From assembly GCA_964291395.2 (NCBI GenBank), contig OZ219858.1, forward strand, positions 160,001 through 224,000: 64,000 nt of DNA. The letters run 5' to 3'. Source of the DNA: Alphaproteobacteria bacterium. GTDB taxonomy: Bacteria > Pseudomonadota > Alphaproteobacteria > UBA2966. The translations under genes were made by a program, and so were the position numbers. Each line of letters opens with the position of its first letter. Position 1 is the first letter of the stretch. The notes under the pieces were generated by a model. That model did no database searches. It had not been told where the DNA came from and saw only the letters and a list, made by a program, of their open reading frames with translations. Below are positions 1 through 9,950 of this stretch, one piece after another.

Positions 1-1
1 C

Positions 2-514
2 GTCCTTGTAAACAATGCTGCCCTGTATGGCGACATTGTCACCGGCAGGTTTGAAAACCTCGAAGAGGATCAATGGGATCGCGTCATGAACGTCAACGTC
101 AAGGGCGTCTGGCAGTGCTGCAAAGCCGCCGTCGGTCCGATGCGCGAGGCGGGAGGGGGCAGCATGATCAACATCTCGACGCTCGCGTTCATTTACGGCA
201 CGCCTTACGCCATCGATTACGCGGCGTCCAAGGGCGCCGTGATCGGCATTACGCGGGTCATCGCCCGCGAGCTGGGTCGCGACTGGATCCGCGTCAACGC
301 GGTGGCGCCATCCGCCGTGCTCACCGAAGCGACCGAGAATTTCTTCGGTGACAAGGCGGAGCGGGCCAAGGAGGTCATCGCAAAATCCCAGACGCTGCAG
401 CGAAATCTCGAGCCCGACGACCTCACGGGCACCGTCGTCTGGCTGGCGAGCGATGACTCCAGGTTCGTCACGGGCCAGACCATCATGGTCGACGGCGGCA
501 CGGTGTTCCTGTAG
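2..514 (+). CDS. SDR family NAD(P)-dependent oxidoreductase (5'-truncated by window edge)
   Basis: Frame is open from position 2 (VLVNNAA...). It has the YAASK (YxxxK) catalytic motif, IRVNAVAP, and the C-terminal FVTGQTIMVDGG. Confidence 0.9.
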   Translation, partial: VLVNNAALYGDIVTGRFENLEEDQWDRVMNVNVKGVWQCCKAAVGPMREAGGGSMINISTLAFIYGTPYAIDYAASKGAVIGITRVIARELGRDWIRVNAVAPSAVLTEATENFFGDKAERAKEVIAKSQTLQRNLEPDDLTGTVVWLASDDSRFVTGQTIMVDGGTVFL

Positions 515-876
515 CCGCGCCGATACGCGGACGCCGCCCTCCAGGACATCCACGACGTGCCACGTTTGAAGTCCGGCGCGCCGATTCCGGCCGCCATCGT
601 CTCCTGCCACCGCAAATTCCTGCCCTGCGGCACGGCTGAGGCGCGAACCCGGTAAATGCGTCCGTACCCGGGTCGAGCGTGTCGACGTTACTACCGTGGA
701 CCTCGACTCGCGCGATGAGGTCGGGAGGACGCCGGGCGATGTCTTCGTGATCCAGCCTCCCTCGGGCGGCGCCTGCGGACTGCCGCAGACGAGTGGGGAA
801 ACGGCGGTGTGTCCGGCCAACGCATGGGCGGCATCCGTACCCCGGCCGAGTGTTGAGGGCCAATTCGAACGCGGAG

Positions 877-1203
877 TCAGGCGAACTGGTCGACCTTTGC
901 CGCCATGATGAAATCGTTCTCGTGCAGTCCCTTGATCTTGTGAGTGTAGAAGATCACCTTGGCGTAGCCCCAGCCGAACGTGATGTCGGGATGGTGCCCT
1001 TCTTCCTCCGCCAAATCGCCGACCTTGTTGACGAATGCCTGAGCCTTCGCGAAATCGTCGAACGGGAACCGCCGTTCGATCCACACCCCGTCGTCGGACA
1101 AAGTCCACTCGGGAACTTCCTCGAGAAACTGTTCCGACTCGACACGGGTCAACGGAGGAATGCCTCCCTGGCACGGCACGCAAGTCTTCGCTGTCAACGA
1201 CAT
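877..1203 (-). CDS. phhB: Pterin-4-alpha-carbinolamine dehydratase
   Basis: EEEGHHPDI signature, CVPC N-terminus and GLHENDFIMAAK C-terminus. ATG at 1203 is preceded by GGAGAG. Confidence 0.9.
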   Translation of the reverse strand: MSLTAKTCVPCQGGIPPLTRVESEQFLEEVPEWTLSDDGVWIERRFPFDDFAKAQAFVNKVGDLAEEEGHHPDITFGWGYAKVIFYTHKIKGLHENDFIMAAKVDQFA

Positions 1204-1386
1204 TGATCTGGCTCTCCACATCGACTCAACGGGTTGCTCGATCCGACTCTACACATAGGCGGGTGATGATCCAACGACCGGCCACGCGTGAGGCGGGCGA
1301 CGGGCTGACAGGGGCTTGTCCGCCGCCAAGCCCGGAGGTCGCCGGACGTCTGGACCGGCAGGCCGTGTCGCGGCCTCCATGGCGGT

Positions 1387-4300
1387 TCAGGTTGGACTTG
1401 AACCGCCTTGGGGCTCATACCCCAGGTTCGGCGCGAGCCAGCGCTCCGCCTGCTGGAGCGAGACGCCCTTGCGCGCGGCGTAATCCTCGACCTGGTCGCG
1501 GCCAATCTTGCCCACACCGAAATAGCGCGACCGAGGGTGCGCGAAGTAAAATCCGGAAACCGCCGCAGCGGGCAGCATGGCGAAGCCCTCGGTCAGTATG
1601 ATGCCTGCATTGTCCGGCGCACCGAGAAGATCGAACAGGAGGGGCTTTTCGCTGTGATCCGGACAGGCCGGGTATCCCGGTGCCGGTCGGATCCCCTGGT
1701 ATTCCTCGCGAATCAGCGCTTCGTTGTCCAAATCCTCGTCTGCCGCATAGCCCCAGAACTCCTTGCGCACGCGCTCGTGCATGTGCTCCGCGAACGCTTC
1801 GGCGAGTCGGTCCGCCAACGCTTTCAACAGGATGCTGTTGTAGTCGTCGTGCGCGGCATCGAACTCCGCGAGCTTCGTCTCGATTCCAGTTCCCGCGGTT
1901 ACGGCGAACCCGCCCAGGTAGTCGGCGACACCCGTCTCTTTGGGCGCGACGAAATCGGCGAGAGAGAAGTTCGCCCGCGCCGTATTCTTGATCATCTGCT
2001 GGCGCAGGAAGTGAAAGCGCGTGCGCACCTCGTCGCGCGACTCGTCGGCATAGACCTCGATGTCGTCGCCCACGCTGTTTGCCGGGAAAAGCCCGATGAC
2101 GCCGCGCGCCGTCAGCCACCGCTCCGCCACGATCCGTTCCAGCATCGTCTGCGCGTCATCATGGAGGTCTCGGGCTGCCTGCCCGACCTTCGGATCGTCG
2201 AGTATCTTCGGAAACGTGCCCGCGAGTTCCCAGGTGCGGAAGAAGGGCGTCCAGTCGATGCGATTCACGAGATCGCCGAGATCGTACGAGTCGAACGCCT
2301 TCAGTCCCAGAAAGGACGGCTTCGCAGGTTCCGTGGACGTCCAATCAATGGGCGATCTGGCCTCGCGCGCCCCCTGCAGCGTGTGCTGGCGGCCACCTTG
2401 ATCCCGGCCATGATATCCATCCCGAATGCGATCGTATTCCTGTTCGATGCGCGCCACGAATTGATCACGACGGGTATCGCTCACCAGAGCACCGGCGACT
2501 CCCACCGCCCGTGAGGCATCCACCACGTGAACGACCGGATGGTCGTAGTTGGGAGCGATCTTGACGGCGGTGTGTACTTTGGAGGTCGTCGCGCCCCCGA
2601 TGAGGAGCGGCACCGTGAAGCCCGCGCGCTTCATTTCCGCGGCCACCGTCTCCATCTCTCCGAGCGACGGCGTGATGAGGCCGGAGAGCCCGATCATGTT
2701 TGCACCTTCCGCTTTCGCCGTCTCCAGTATCTTGATGTAAGGAACCATGACGCCGAGATCGATGACCTCGAAGTTGTTGCATTGAAGCACCACGCCGACG
2801 ATGTTCTTGCCGATATCGTGCACGTCGCCCTTCACGGTGGCGGTGACGATCTTGCCTTTGGCCGAGACCTCGCCGCCGCTCCCCTTTTCCGCCTCGAGGA
2901 ACGGGGTCAGGTGCGCCACGGCCTGTTTCATCACGCGGGCGCTTTTCACCACCTGCGGCAGGAACATCTGTCCCGAACCGAACAAGTCACCGACGATGTT
3001 CATACCGTCCATCAAGGCTCCCTCGATGACGTCGAGGGGACGGTCCACGCTGAGGCGCGCTTCCTCGGTGTCCTCGACGACGAAATCGCTGATCCCTGCG
3101 ACCAGGGCGTGGGACAACCGTTCCTCGACCGAACCTTCACGCCACGAGAGATCGGGACCCTGGCTCTTGCGCTGGCTCTGGACGTTGTCCGCCACCTCGA
3201 GCAGCCGCTCCATCGCGTCCGGCCGCCGGTTCAGTACGACGTCCTCGACACGCTCGCGGAGAAATTCCGGAATGTCCGCGTAGACCGCGAGTTGGCCTGC
3301 GTTGACGATTCCCATATCCATGCCGGCTTCCAGGGCGTGGTACAGGAACACCGAGTGCATGGCCTCGCGAACGGCGTTGTTGCCCCGGAACGAGAAGGAC
3401 ATGTTGCTGACCCCCCCCGAAACCAGGGCGTGAGGCAGGGTTTTCTTGATCGTGCGCGTGGCTTCGACGAAGTCCACCGAGAAGTTGTCGTGTTCCTCCA
3501 TTCCGGTGGCGATGGGGAAGATGTTGGGATCGAGAATGATGTCCCATGGCGGGAATCCCACATCTTCGGCGAGGATCTTGTAGGAGCGCGTCAGGATCTC
3601 GACCATGCGTTCGCATGAGTCGGCCTGTCCCGTCTCGTCGAACGCCATCACGACAACGGCCGCACCGTAGCGCAGGATTTCCTCAGCCTGCTCGATGAAC
3701 GCCTGTTCCCCTTCCTTGAGGCTGACCGAATTGACGACTCCCTTTCCCTGGACGTTTTTGAGACCCGTTTCGATGACCGACCACTTCGAGGAGTCGATCA
3801 TGACCGGGACCCGTGAAATATCCGGCTCGGTGGCAACGAGGCGCAGGAAGGTCTCGACGGCGACCTCGGAGTCGAGCATCGCCTCATCCATGTTGACGTC
3901 GATGACCTGGGCGCCGTTCTCCACCTGCTGCCGCGCGATCTCGATCCCGGCGGCATAGTCACCTTCGCGGATGAGCTTGGCGAACTTCGCCGACCCGGCG
4001 ACGTTGGTCCGCTCGCCGATGTTCACGAAACCGGTCAGCGGCCCGATGGTCAGGGGCTCGAGACCGCTGAGCCGGCAACGAGGTTCGACATCGGGGCGGA
4101 CGCGCGGCGGGAGGTTCGCTACCGCCTCGGCGATGGCGCCGATGTGACGGGGCGTCGTCCCACAGCACCCGCCGACGATATTGACGAATCCGCTCTCGGC
4201 GAACTCCGCGAGTCGCCCGGCCATGTAGCCCGGCGTGTCGTCGTAACCGCCGAATTCGTTCGGCAGCCCCGCATTGGGATGCACACTGACGCAAATGCCG

Positions 4301-5112
4301 GCGACGCGCGCGAGTTCCTGAACGTAGGGCCGCAGCGCTTCGGCGCCGAGGGCACAATTGAATCCGACTGAAATCGGCCTCGCATGAGCGACGGAATTCC
4401 AGAATGCTTCCGCCGTCTGCCCGGAGAGCGTGCGCCCGGAGGCATCCGTGATGGTGCCGGAGATCATCACCGGCCGCTGGATTCCCCGGGCATCAAGGTA
4501 CTTCCGCACCGCATAGATGGCCGCCTTGGCGTTCAACGTGTCGAATATCGTCTCGATCAAGACGATGTCGGCACCGCCGTCGATCAGGCCATGGACCGCC
4601 TCGGTATAGGCGACCACCAACTCGTCGAATGAAATGTTTCGGAAGCCCGGATCGTTTACCTCCGGCGAGATCGACGCCGTCCGATTGGTCGGGCCGAGAA
4701 CACCGGCGACGAACCGGGGTTTGCCGGGGGTCGTTGCCGCGACTTCGTCCACGACGCCACGCGCGAGACTCGCGCCTTCGCGATTGATCTCGTACACGAG
4801 GTCCTGCAGCCCATAGTCCGCTTGCGAGATCGACGTCGCGTTGAAGGTGTTCGTCTCGATGATGTCCGCCCCGACATCCAGGAAAGCTCGGTGGATTTCC
4901 CGTATCACGTCCGGTTGCGTAAGGTTCAGAAGGTCGTTGTCGCCGGCGAGGTCCCGGGAATGGTCGGCAAACCGTTTGGCGCGGAAGTCGGCCTCCCCGA
5001 GACCGTACTCCTGGATCATCGTCCCCATGGCTCCGTCCAACAGGAGAACTCTCTCGTCGAGGAGGCGCTGGAGAGTCTCCGAAGGGTCGGAGCGCGGGAC
5101 GATGTCGTGCAT
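1387..5112 (-). CDS. metH: Cobalamin-dependent methionine synthase
   Basis: [38 protein letters not shown]12 motif and [12 protein letters not shown]. Start set at MHDIVP (5112), just after the metF stop. Confidence 0.98.
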   Translation of the reverse strand: MHDIVPRSDPSETLQRLLDERVLLLDGAMGTMIQEYGLGEADFRAKRFADHSRDLAGDNDLLNLTQPDVIREIHRAFLDVGADIIETNTFNATSISQADYGLQDLVYEINREGASLARGVVDEVAATTPGKPRFVAGVLGPTNRTASISPEVNDPGFRNISFDELVVAYTEAVHGLIDGGADIVLIETIFDTLNAKAAIYAVRKYLDARGIQRPVMISGTITDASGRTLSGQTAEAFWNSVAHARPISVGFNCALGAEALRPYVQELARVAGICVSVHPNAGLPNEFGGYDDTPGYMAGRLAEFAESGFVNIVGGCCGTTPRHIGAIAEAVANLPPRVRPDVEPRCRLSGLEPLTIGPLTGFVNIGERTNVAGSAKFAKLIREGDYAAGIEIARQQVENGAQVIDVNMDEAMLDSEVAVETFLRLVATEPDISRVPVMIDSSKWSVIETGLKNVQGKGVVNSVSLKEGEQAFIEQAEEILRYGAAVVVMAFDETGQADSCERMVEILTRSYKILAEDVGFPPWDIILDPNIFPIATGMEEHDNFSVDFVEATRTIKKTLPHALVSGGVSNMSFSFRGNNAVREAMHSVFLYHALEAGMDMGIVNAGQLAVYADIPEFLRERVEDVVLNRRPDAMERLLEVADNVQSQRKSQGPDLSWREGSVEERLSHALVAGISDFVVEDTEEARLSVDRPLDVIEGALMDGMNIVGDLFGSGQMFLPQVVKSARVMKQAVAHLTPFLEAEKGSGGEVSAKGKIVTATVKGDVHDIGKNIVGVVLQCNNFEVIDLGVMVPYIKILETAKAEGANMIGLSGLITPSLGEMETVAAEMKRAGFTVPLLIGGATTSKVHTAVKIAPNYDHPVVHVVDASRAVGVAGALVSDTRRDQFVARIEQEYDRIRDGYHGRDQGGRQHTLQGAREARSPIDWTSTEPAKPSFLGLKAFDSYDLGDLVNRIDWTPFFRTWELAGTFPKILDDPKVGQAARDLHDDAQTMLERIVAERWLTARGVIGLFPANSVGDDIEVYADESRDEVRTRFHFLRQQMIKNTARANFSLADFVAPKETGVADYLGGFAVTAGTGIETKLAEFDAAHDDYNSILLKALADRLAEAFAEHMHERVRKEFWGYAADEDLDNEALIREEYQGIRPAPGYPACPDHSEKPLLFDLLGAPDNAGIILTEGFAMLPAAAVSGFYFAHPRSRYFGVGKIGRDQVEDYAARKGVSLQQAERWLAPNLGYEPQGGSSPT

Positions 5113-5126
5113 GGTCTGTGCCGCGC

Positions 5127-6056
5127 CTAGTCGGCGTCCGCGGGCCCGCGCAGCCCCAGCGTGTGGCACATGGCGAAGGTCAGATCGGCTCGGTTGAGCG
5201 TGTAGAAGTGGAAGTTCGAAACGCCTTCGGCTGCCAGAATGCGGCACTGTTCCCCCGCAACCATGGCGGCGACAAGCTTGCGTGTCTCTGAATCCTCGTC
5301 CAGGGATTCGAACAGGCGCGAAAGCCATCCAGGGATGCCGGCTCCGCACATGCCGGCGAAGCGGACCACCTGAGCGAAATTTGTCACGGGAAGGATCCCC
5401 GGGATCAAGGGCGCGTTGATCCCCGCTCGTCGAACGCGATCCCGAAAGCGTAGAAACACCTCGGTGTCGAAGAAGAACTGGGTGATCGCGCGTTTGGCGC
5501 CCGCATCGATCTTGCGCTTGAGGTTGTCGAGGTCGAAATTCGCGCTTGGCGCTTCCGGGTGGGTTTCGGGATACGCGGCGACCGAAATGTCGAAGTCGGC
5601 AATTCGGTTGAGACCTTCGACCAGGTCGGCCGCATACCGATATCCGCCGGGATGGGGCGCGTAGGCCGTGCCGGCCTCCGGTGGATCTCCCCGGAGGGCC
5701 ACGATGTGTCGCACACCCGCCTCCCAGTAAGCGCGGGCGACATCGTCGACTTCGTCCCGTGTCGCGGCGACGCAGGTCAGATGTGCCGCGGGCGTCAAGG
5801 TCGTCTCTTCAAGAATGCGGCGGACCGTGGCATGTGTGCGATCGCGCGTGCTGCCGCCCGCACCATAGGTGACGGAGACGAAGTTCGGTCCGATCGGGGC
5901 CAGTCTGAGGATCGACTTCCATAGCGTCTGTTCCATTCCCTCCGTCTTCGGCGGGAAGAACTCGAACGAAACTCCGAGACCCTCCATCCCCGAGAACCTC
6001 AGCGCGAGCATGCTCAGCCGCTCGACCGTGGGCTGGATTTCGGCTTCGACGGTCAT
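5127..6056 (-). CDS. metF: 5,10-methylenetetrahydrofolate reductase
   Basis: [33 protein letters not shown] and HFYTLNR. Start MTVEAE overlaps the upstream stop. Confidence 0.97.
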   Translation of the reverse strand: MTVEAEIQPTVERLSMLALRFSGMEGLGVSFEFFPPKTEGMEQTLWKSILRLAPIGPNFVSVTYGAGGSTRDRTHATVRRILEETTLTPAAHLTCVAATRDEVDDVARAYWEAGVRHIVALRGDPPEAGTAYAPHPGGYRYAADLVEGLNRIADFDISVAAYPETHPEAPSANFDLDNLKRKIDAGAKRAITQFFFDTEVFLRFRDRVRRAGINAPLIPGILPVTNFAQVVRFAGMCGAGIPGWLSRLFESLDEDSETRKLVAAMVAGEQCRILAAEGVSNFHFYTLNRADLTFAMCHTLGLRGPADAD

Positions 6057-7006
6057 TCCGCGGCCCGCCGTTCCTCGATACTCGTTTTCGCTGCCGTCCA
6101 AATGACGACGGTGAGCGGATCGCCTTCCAGCCGGACGGGGTTGTCGGGAACGAGATGCGCCGCTTCGAACCACTCCACGACTTCCGCGTCGGAAAAGCCC
6201 AGGCGTCGATGCGCGTGCTCTTCGCGGAGGAATTCCAGCCCGTGCGGCGCAAAATCGACGACGGCCAAACCGGCGCCAGGACGCAGAACACGGGCCGACT
6301 CGGTTATGGCCGCGGCGGGGTCGGAGGCGAAGTGAAGCACTTGGTGAAACGTCACCGCGTCCACGCTGCCGCCTGACAAGGGCAGGTGATACATGTCGCC
6401 ATGCCTGACTCGGCAATGGCTATGCCCCGCGCGCTCCAGGTTGGTGCGCGCGACCGCCAGCATGTCATGGGAAAGGTCGATACCGATGCCGCGACGGAAT
6501 CGGTCGGCGAACAGTTCCAGCATCCGCCCGGTTCCGGTGCCGATGTCCAGAAAATCACCGATTTGCCGGTCGGCGAAGGCCGAGCGAAGAGCTGTCTCGA
6601 CATCGGACTCCGACACGTAGAGGGAGCGAATTTCGTCCCATCGAGCTGCGTTCGCCCGGAAGTAGACTGCCGCCGCGTCGGCCCGCGATTTCTTGATCGC
6701 TTCGAGCCGTTCGAGATCCCGGGCAAGCTCCACGTCCCGCTTGGGTATGAGCGCCGTGAGCGTCCGCGCCAGCCCGCCCGGCTCTCCGGCATCGGCCAGC
6801 CTGTAAAATGCCCAGGTTCCTTCCCGGAATCGGTCCAGCAACCCGGCTTCGCACAACACTTTGAGATGCCGGGATACGCGGGGCTGACTCTGCCCTAGAA
6901 TTTGAGTGAGCTCGGTCACCGTGAGTTCGGCTTCCGCGCAAAGCGCAAGAAGGCGCAACCGGGTCGGTTCGGCGGTTGCACGCAGCGCGTTCAGAAGTGT
7001 GTTCAT
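6053..7006 (-). CDS. sahR: ArsR-HTH plus SAM-binding methyltransferase-fold regulator (SahR-like)
   Basis: N-terminal ArsR wHTH (EPTRLRLL...SQPRVSRHLK) and C-terminal LDIGTGTG SAM motif. First gene of the metF-metH operon. Confidence 0.85.
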   Translation of the reverse strand: MNTLLNALRATAEPTRLRLLALCAEAELTVTELTQILGQSQPRVSRHLKVLCEAGLLDRFREGTWAFYRLADAGEPGGLARTLTALIPKRDVELARDLERLEAIKKSRADAAAVYFRANAARWDEIRSLYVSESDVETALRSAFADRQIGDFLDIGTGTGRMLELFADRFRRGIGIDLSHDMLAVARTNLERAGHSHCRVRHGDMYHLPLSGGSVDAVTFHQVLHFASDPAAAITESARVLRPGAGLAVVDFAPHGLEFLREEHAHRRLGFSDAEVVEWFEAAHLVPDNPVRLEGDPLTVVIWTAAKTSIEERRAAE

Positions 7007-7049
7007 GGGCTGGTGTTGAGGATGAGATGTGGCGTGACCGATGTTTAAG

Positions 7050-7087
7050 TCGACAATTATATAAGCATATCTTTATATAATTGTCGA
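7050..7087. promoter_or_regulatory. Palindromic operator upstream of sahR (probable SahR site)
   Basis: Perfect 15-bp inverted repeat TCGACAATTATATAA-N8-TTATATAATTGTCGA. The 20-bp AT-rich core ATATAAGCATATCTTTATAT (7059-7078) lies ~45-80 bp upstream of the sahR ATG. Confidence 0.75.
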
Positions 7088-7435
7088 TGCCAGAAGATGC
7101 CGCGTCGCCGCAAGAACCCCTCCCCAATCTCTGATCGCAACCGTCTCCGGAGTCTTGGACCGGCATCGCTCGCGGGGTAGGCGATGCATTTTCGCCACAG
7201 CCTCCGGGAGGGTCACGACGTGCTGCCGGCCTCGCTGGCGTTGAAACCGAAGGTATGATACTGACGTGATCGTGATGCCAAGAACGGTCGCGCGCCCTGC
7301 GGGTCCGCCGTCGTCTTGCCACCGGCCGGCACTTCTCTCTCGATGCGATTCAACGGGGTCTTCAGAATGGCGCAATGCGTTCCCTCGGGCGGCCAAACTT
7401 CAGGGTCAAACTGCAAAGCCTTGTAATGCGGGTTC

Positions 7436-8248
7436 ATGACCTTGACCGGCAGATTCGTGATTCGGGCCTTGAGCGCCGCGTTTGCCGCAAGTGTCGTCTT
7501 GGCTGCCTGCGCGACCCCACCGGCCGATGATCCCGAGGCACGGGCCGAACTTGCGGCGATCAACGATCCCTGGGAACCGTTCAACCGGGCCGTGTTCGAA
7601 TTCAATCGTGCCCTCGATCAAGTGCTGCTCGAACCTGTAGCGCAGGCCTATCGTGGTGTCGTTCCCGACTTCGGCCGGGAGATGGTGAAGAACTTCCTGA
7701 ACAACCTGAGGTCGCCGGTCATATTGGCGAACGACGTGTTGCAGGGGGAAAAGGACCGCGCTGGCGACACCGGCAGTCGTTTGATGGCAAACACCATCTT
7801 CGGGCTGGGCGGCCTGTTCGACGTCACCGAAATAGAGTTCCACAACGAGGATTTCGGTCAGACCCTGGCCGTATGGGGCGTGGATGAGGGGCCTTATCTC
7901 GTGTTGCCGTTGCTGGGGCCGTCACCGATCCGGGACACCGTTGGCCTCGTCGGTGACACGCTCATGGATCCCGTGTTCTGGTACGCAAATAACACGAAAC
8001 ATTACGCCATTCCTTGGGTTCGCTTCGGCATGAGGGCCAATGACACCCGCTCCCGCAACATCGAGACCCTCGACGAGATCGAGCGCGGCGCCATCGACTT
8101 CTATGCCACGGTGCGTAGCCTCTACAGGCAACGTCGCAACGACGAGATTCTCAACGGAAAGCCTCCCCAATCCATGCCCATGGCGGAAATTTCGTGGGAC
8201 GAGGACGAAGAGGCGGAGACCAATCAAGCCTCGGCTGTCGTCAAGTAG
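7436..8248 (+). CDS. mlaA: VacJ/MlaA family lipoprotein
   Basis: Lipobox LAAC, NDPWEPFNR, EDFGQTL and GPYLVLPLLGPS. Confidence 0.95.
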   Translation: MTLTGRFVIRALSAAFAASVVLAACATPPADDPEARAELAAINDPWEPFNRAVFEFNRALDQVLLEPVAQAYRGVVPDFGREMVKNFLNNLRSPVILANDVLQGEKDRAGDTGSRLMANTIFGLGGLFDVTEIEFHNEDFGQTLAVWGVDEGPYLVLPLLGPSPIRDTVGLVGDTLMDPVFWYANNTKHYAIPWVRFGMRANDTRSRNIETLDEIERGAIDFYATVRSLYRQRRNDEILNGKPPQSMPMAEISWDEDEEAETNQASAVVK

Positions 8249-8262
8249 CCTTTCTCCGAATC

Positions 8263-8874
8263 ATGTCTGCGCGTCGTCTCGGCTCACTCGCATCGACCCT
8301 TGTGCTGTTCATGCTGCTGTGCCTGCCGCCGGCATCCGCCGAGACGCTTGGCCCCAGGCAGTTCATCGAGTCCCTGGGCGAGGAAACGATCGGGGCGATC
8401 ACCAGGGAAAACATCTCCGAGGAGGCCCGATTCAGGGAGTTCGAGCGGCTCTTTCGAATGGCCTTCGACGTCGACGCCATCAGCCGCTTTGTGCTCGGCC
8501 GTTATTGGCGGCGAGCGACCGAGGAGCAGCAAAGGGAATACCAGTCGCTGTTCGCGGATTTCATCGTCCACACCTATGCCAGCCGGTTCCGGCAATATTC
8601 CGGCGAAACACTGGCCGTGAACGGCGAGCGCAAGGCCGGCGGACGCGATACGATCGTGTCGAGCCAGTTGAACATGCCGGACGGGCCATCGGTCCGCGTC
8701 GACTGGCGCGTGCGGACGAAGCGCGACGACCACAAGGTTGTCGACGTGATCGTTGAAGGCGTGAGCATGGCGATCACGCAGCGGCACGAATTTGCTTCGG
8801 TGATCCGGCGCGGTGGCGGAGGCATTGAGACCTTGATTGCCGAACTCCGGAAAAAATCCATACCCACCGACTAG
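8263..8874 (+). CDS. mlaC: MlaC/Ttg2D phospholipid-binding periplasmic protein
   Basis: Signal peptide, FVLGRYWR and KVVDVIVEGVSM. Directly follows mlaA. Confidence 0.92.
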   Translation: MSARRLGSLASTLVLFMLLCLPPASAETLGPRQFIESLGEETIGAITRENISEEARFREFERLFRMAFDVDAISRFVLGRYWRRATEEQQREYQSLFADFIVHTYASRFRQYSGETLAVNGERKAGGRDTIVSSQLNMPDGPSVRVDWRVRTKRDDHKVVDVIVEGVSMAITQRHEFASVIRRGGGGIETLIAELRKKSIPTD

Positions 8875-8999
8875 AGTTTGTTCACACTAACGCACCGCAT
8901 TTGTAGACGGGTGCGAAGCGGACGAAGCTTGGTTGGGCTTCCGTGATCTCCATCCGCGATGGGGTGGCACGTCGCATCATTAGTGTGAACAGCCTCTGG
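8871..8999. mobile_element. Putative MITE / non-autonomous element with terminal inverted repeats
   Basis: TGTTCACACTAA (8879-8890) and TTAGTGTGAACA (8980-8991) form a perfect 12-bp inverted repeat, extending to 17/20 over 8871-8890 vs 8980-8999. The left end CTAG overlaps the mlaC stop. No ORF inside. Confidence 0.55.
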
Positions 9000-9054
9000 T
9001 TCGGTGTGAACAGCCTCTGGTTCGGCTAGTCTCGGCTAGTCTCGGCTAGTCTCG
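8983..9054. repeat. Compound tandem repeats: 21 bp x2, then 10 bp x3
   Basis: GTGTGAACAGCCTCTGGTTCG at 8983-9003 and 9004-9024. GCTAGTCTCG at 9025-9034, 9035-9044 and 9045-9054. Confidence 0.9.
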
Positions 9055-9103
9055 GTTGCCGCCCGCGCATGCGCTCGCCGGCGGGGTCGAACCCCGTTTC
9101 GCT

Positions 9104-9853
9104 CTAATCGGTCGAGGCGAACCGGAGTCGAGCGGCACCGAACACCGGGCCGCCATGCTCCTTCTGGACGATGACCACGCAGCCATCCCGGCCGGCTTCG
9201 CGCATCGGCGTCAGGTCGACGGGAATCTCCGTGGCGTCCCCCCGCCAATGTCCGACTTTGCGAATGGTCCGAACGACGTTGTGGTAGGTGAGCCGCCGCC
9301 CTGAATTCTCGCCGCGCCGGACATCCACCGTATGTTTGGCGTCGAACTCGATCAGCCAAACATCCGCAGCCGGCATTCCGGACCGGCCGTCGATCTTGAT
9401 CGTTGCGCGATCCCGCCCCGATGCGACGAGACCGACGGACAGCGAATTCTGGGTCGCGAGACGCGCCGCGGCGATGGTCTTTTCGACCTCGTCGCTTTGC
9501 GACCCCACGACGTCGACGATTCCGTCGATGACCATCTCCGGCGTGTAGACGTACCTCGCATTGAGGAATCTGCCGTGCCGCCGCTGACGCGCCGTCGCCT
9601 GCGGAAGGGCGAAGGTGTCCTTCCAACCGATGTAATCCCAATAGTCGACATGAAACGACAGCGCGATGATGTCGTCGCGCTGGGCCAACTTCCCCAAATA
9701 TCTGTCGGCGGGCGGACAGGAACTGCACCCCTGCGAGGTGAACAGCTCGACGACGGTGGGGGACTTGCCGCCTGCCGCCGCCGTTCCCAAGGCCGCGATT
9801 GATCCCAATGCCAGAGCCGCGGCGACAAGACCCGTTTGTCGAATACCGTGCAT
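9104..9853 (-). CDS. DUF1223 thioredoxin-like secreted protein
   Basis: VVELFTSQGCSSCPPAD, HVDYWDYIGWKD, YTP and RGENSGR. Has a signal peptide. Start uncertain (9853 or 9892). Confidence 0.9.
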   Translation of the reverse strand: MHGIRQTGLVAAALALGSIAALGTAAAGGKSPTVVELFTSQGCSSCPPADRYLGKLAQRDDIIALSFHVDYWDYIGWKDTFALPQATARQRRHGRFLNARYVYTPEMVIDGIVDVVGSQSDEVEKTIAAARLATQNSLSVGLVASGRDRATIKIDGRSGMPAADVWLIEFDAKHTVDVRRGENSGRRLTYHNVVRTIRKVGHWRGDATEIPVDLTPMREAGRDGCVVIVQKEHGGPVFGAARLRFASTD

Positions 9854-9950
9854 GGTCCAGCCCATATACGCCGCGTCGGGGACGAAGGCCAATCACTCTT
9901 CGGTGAGGAACCGCATCCCTTCGGAGAGGCGCTCCCCCGCGCCTGCTTCG

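Noticed and set aside
515-876. 360-bp region between the convergent SDR and phhB genes with short protein-like frames (e.g. 696-908)
   Set aside because: No RBS or family motif was recognised, so neither a gene nor a remnant can be supported.
7007-7435. SAM or cobalamin riboswitch upstream of the met operon
   Set aside because: No recognisable riboswitch consensus. The palindromic protein operator explains the regulation.
8983-9054. Direct repeats as a mini CRISPR array
   Set aside because: The repeats are directly adjacent with no spacers, and there are no cas genes in the window.
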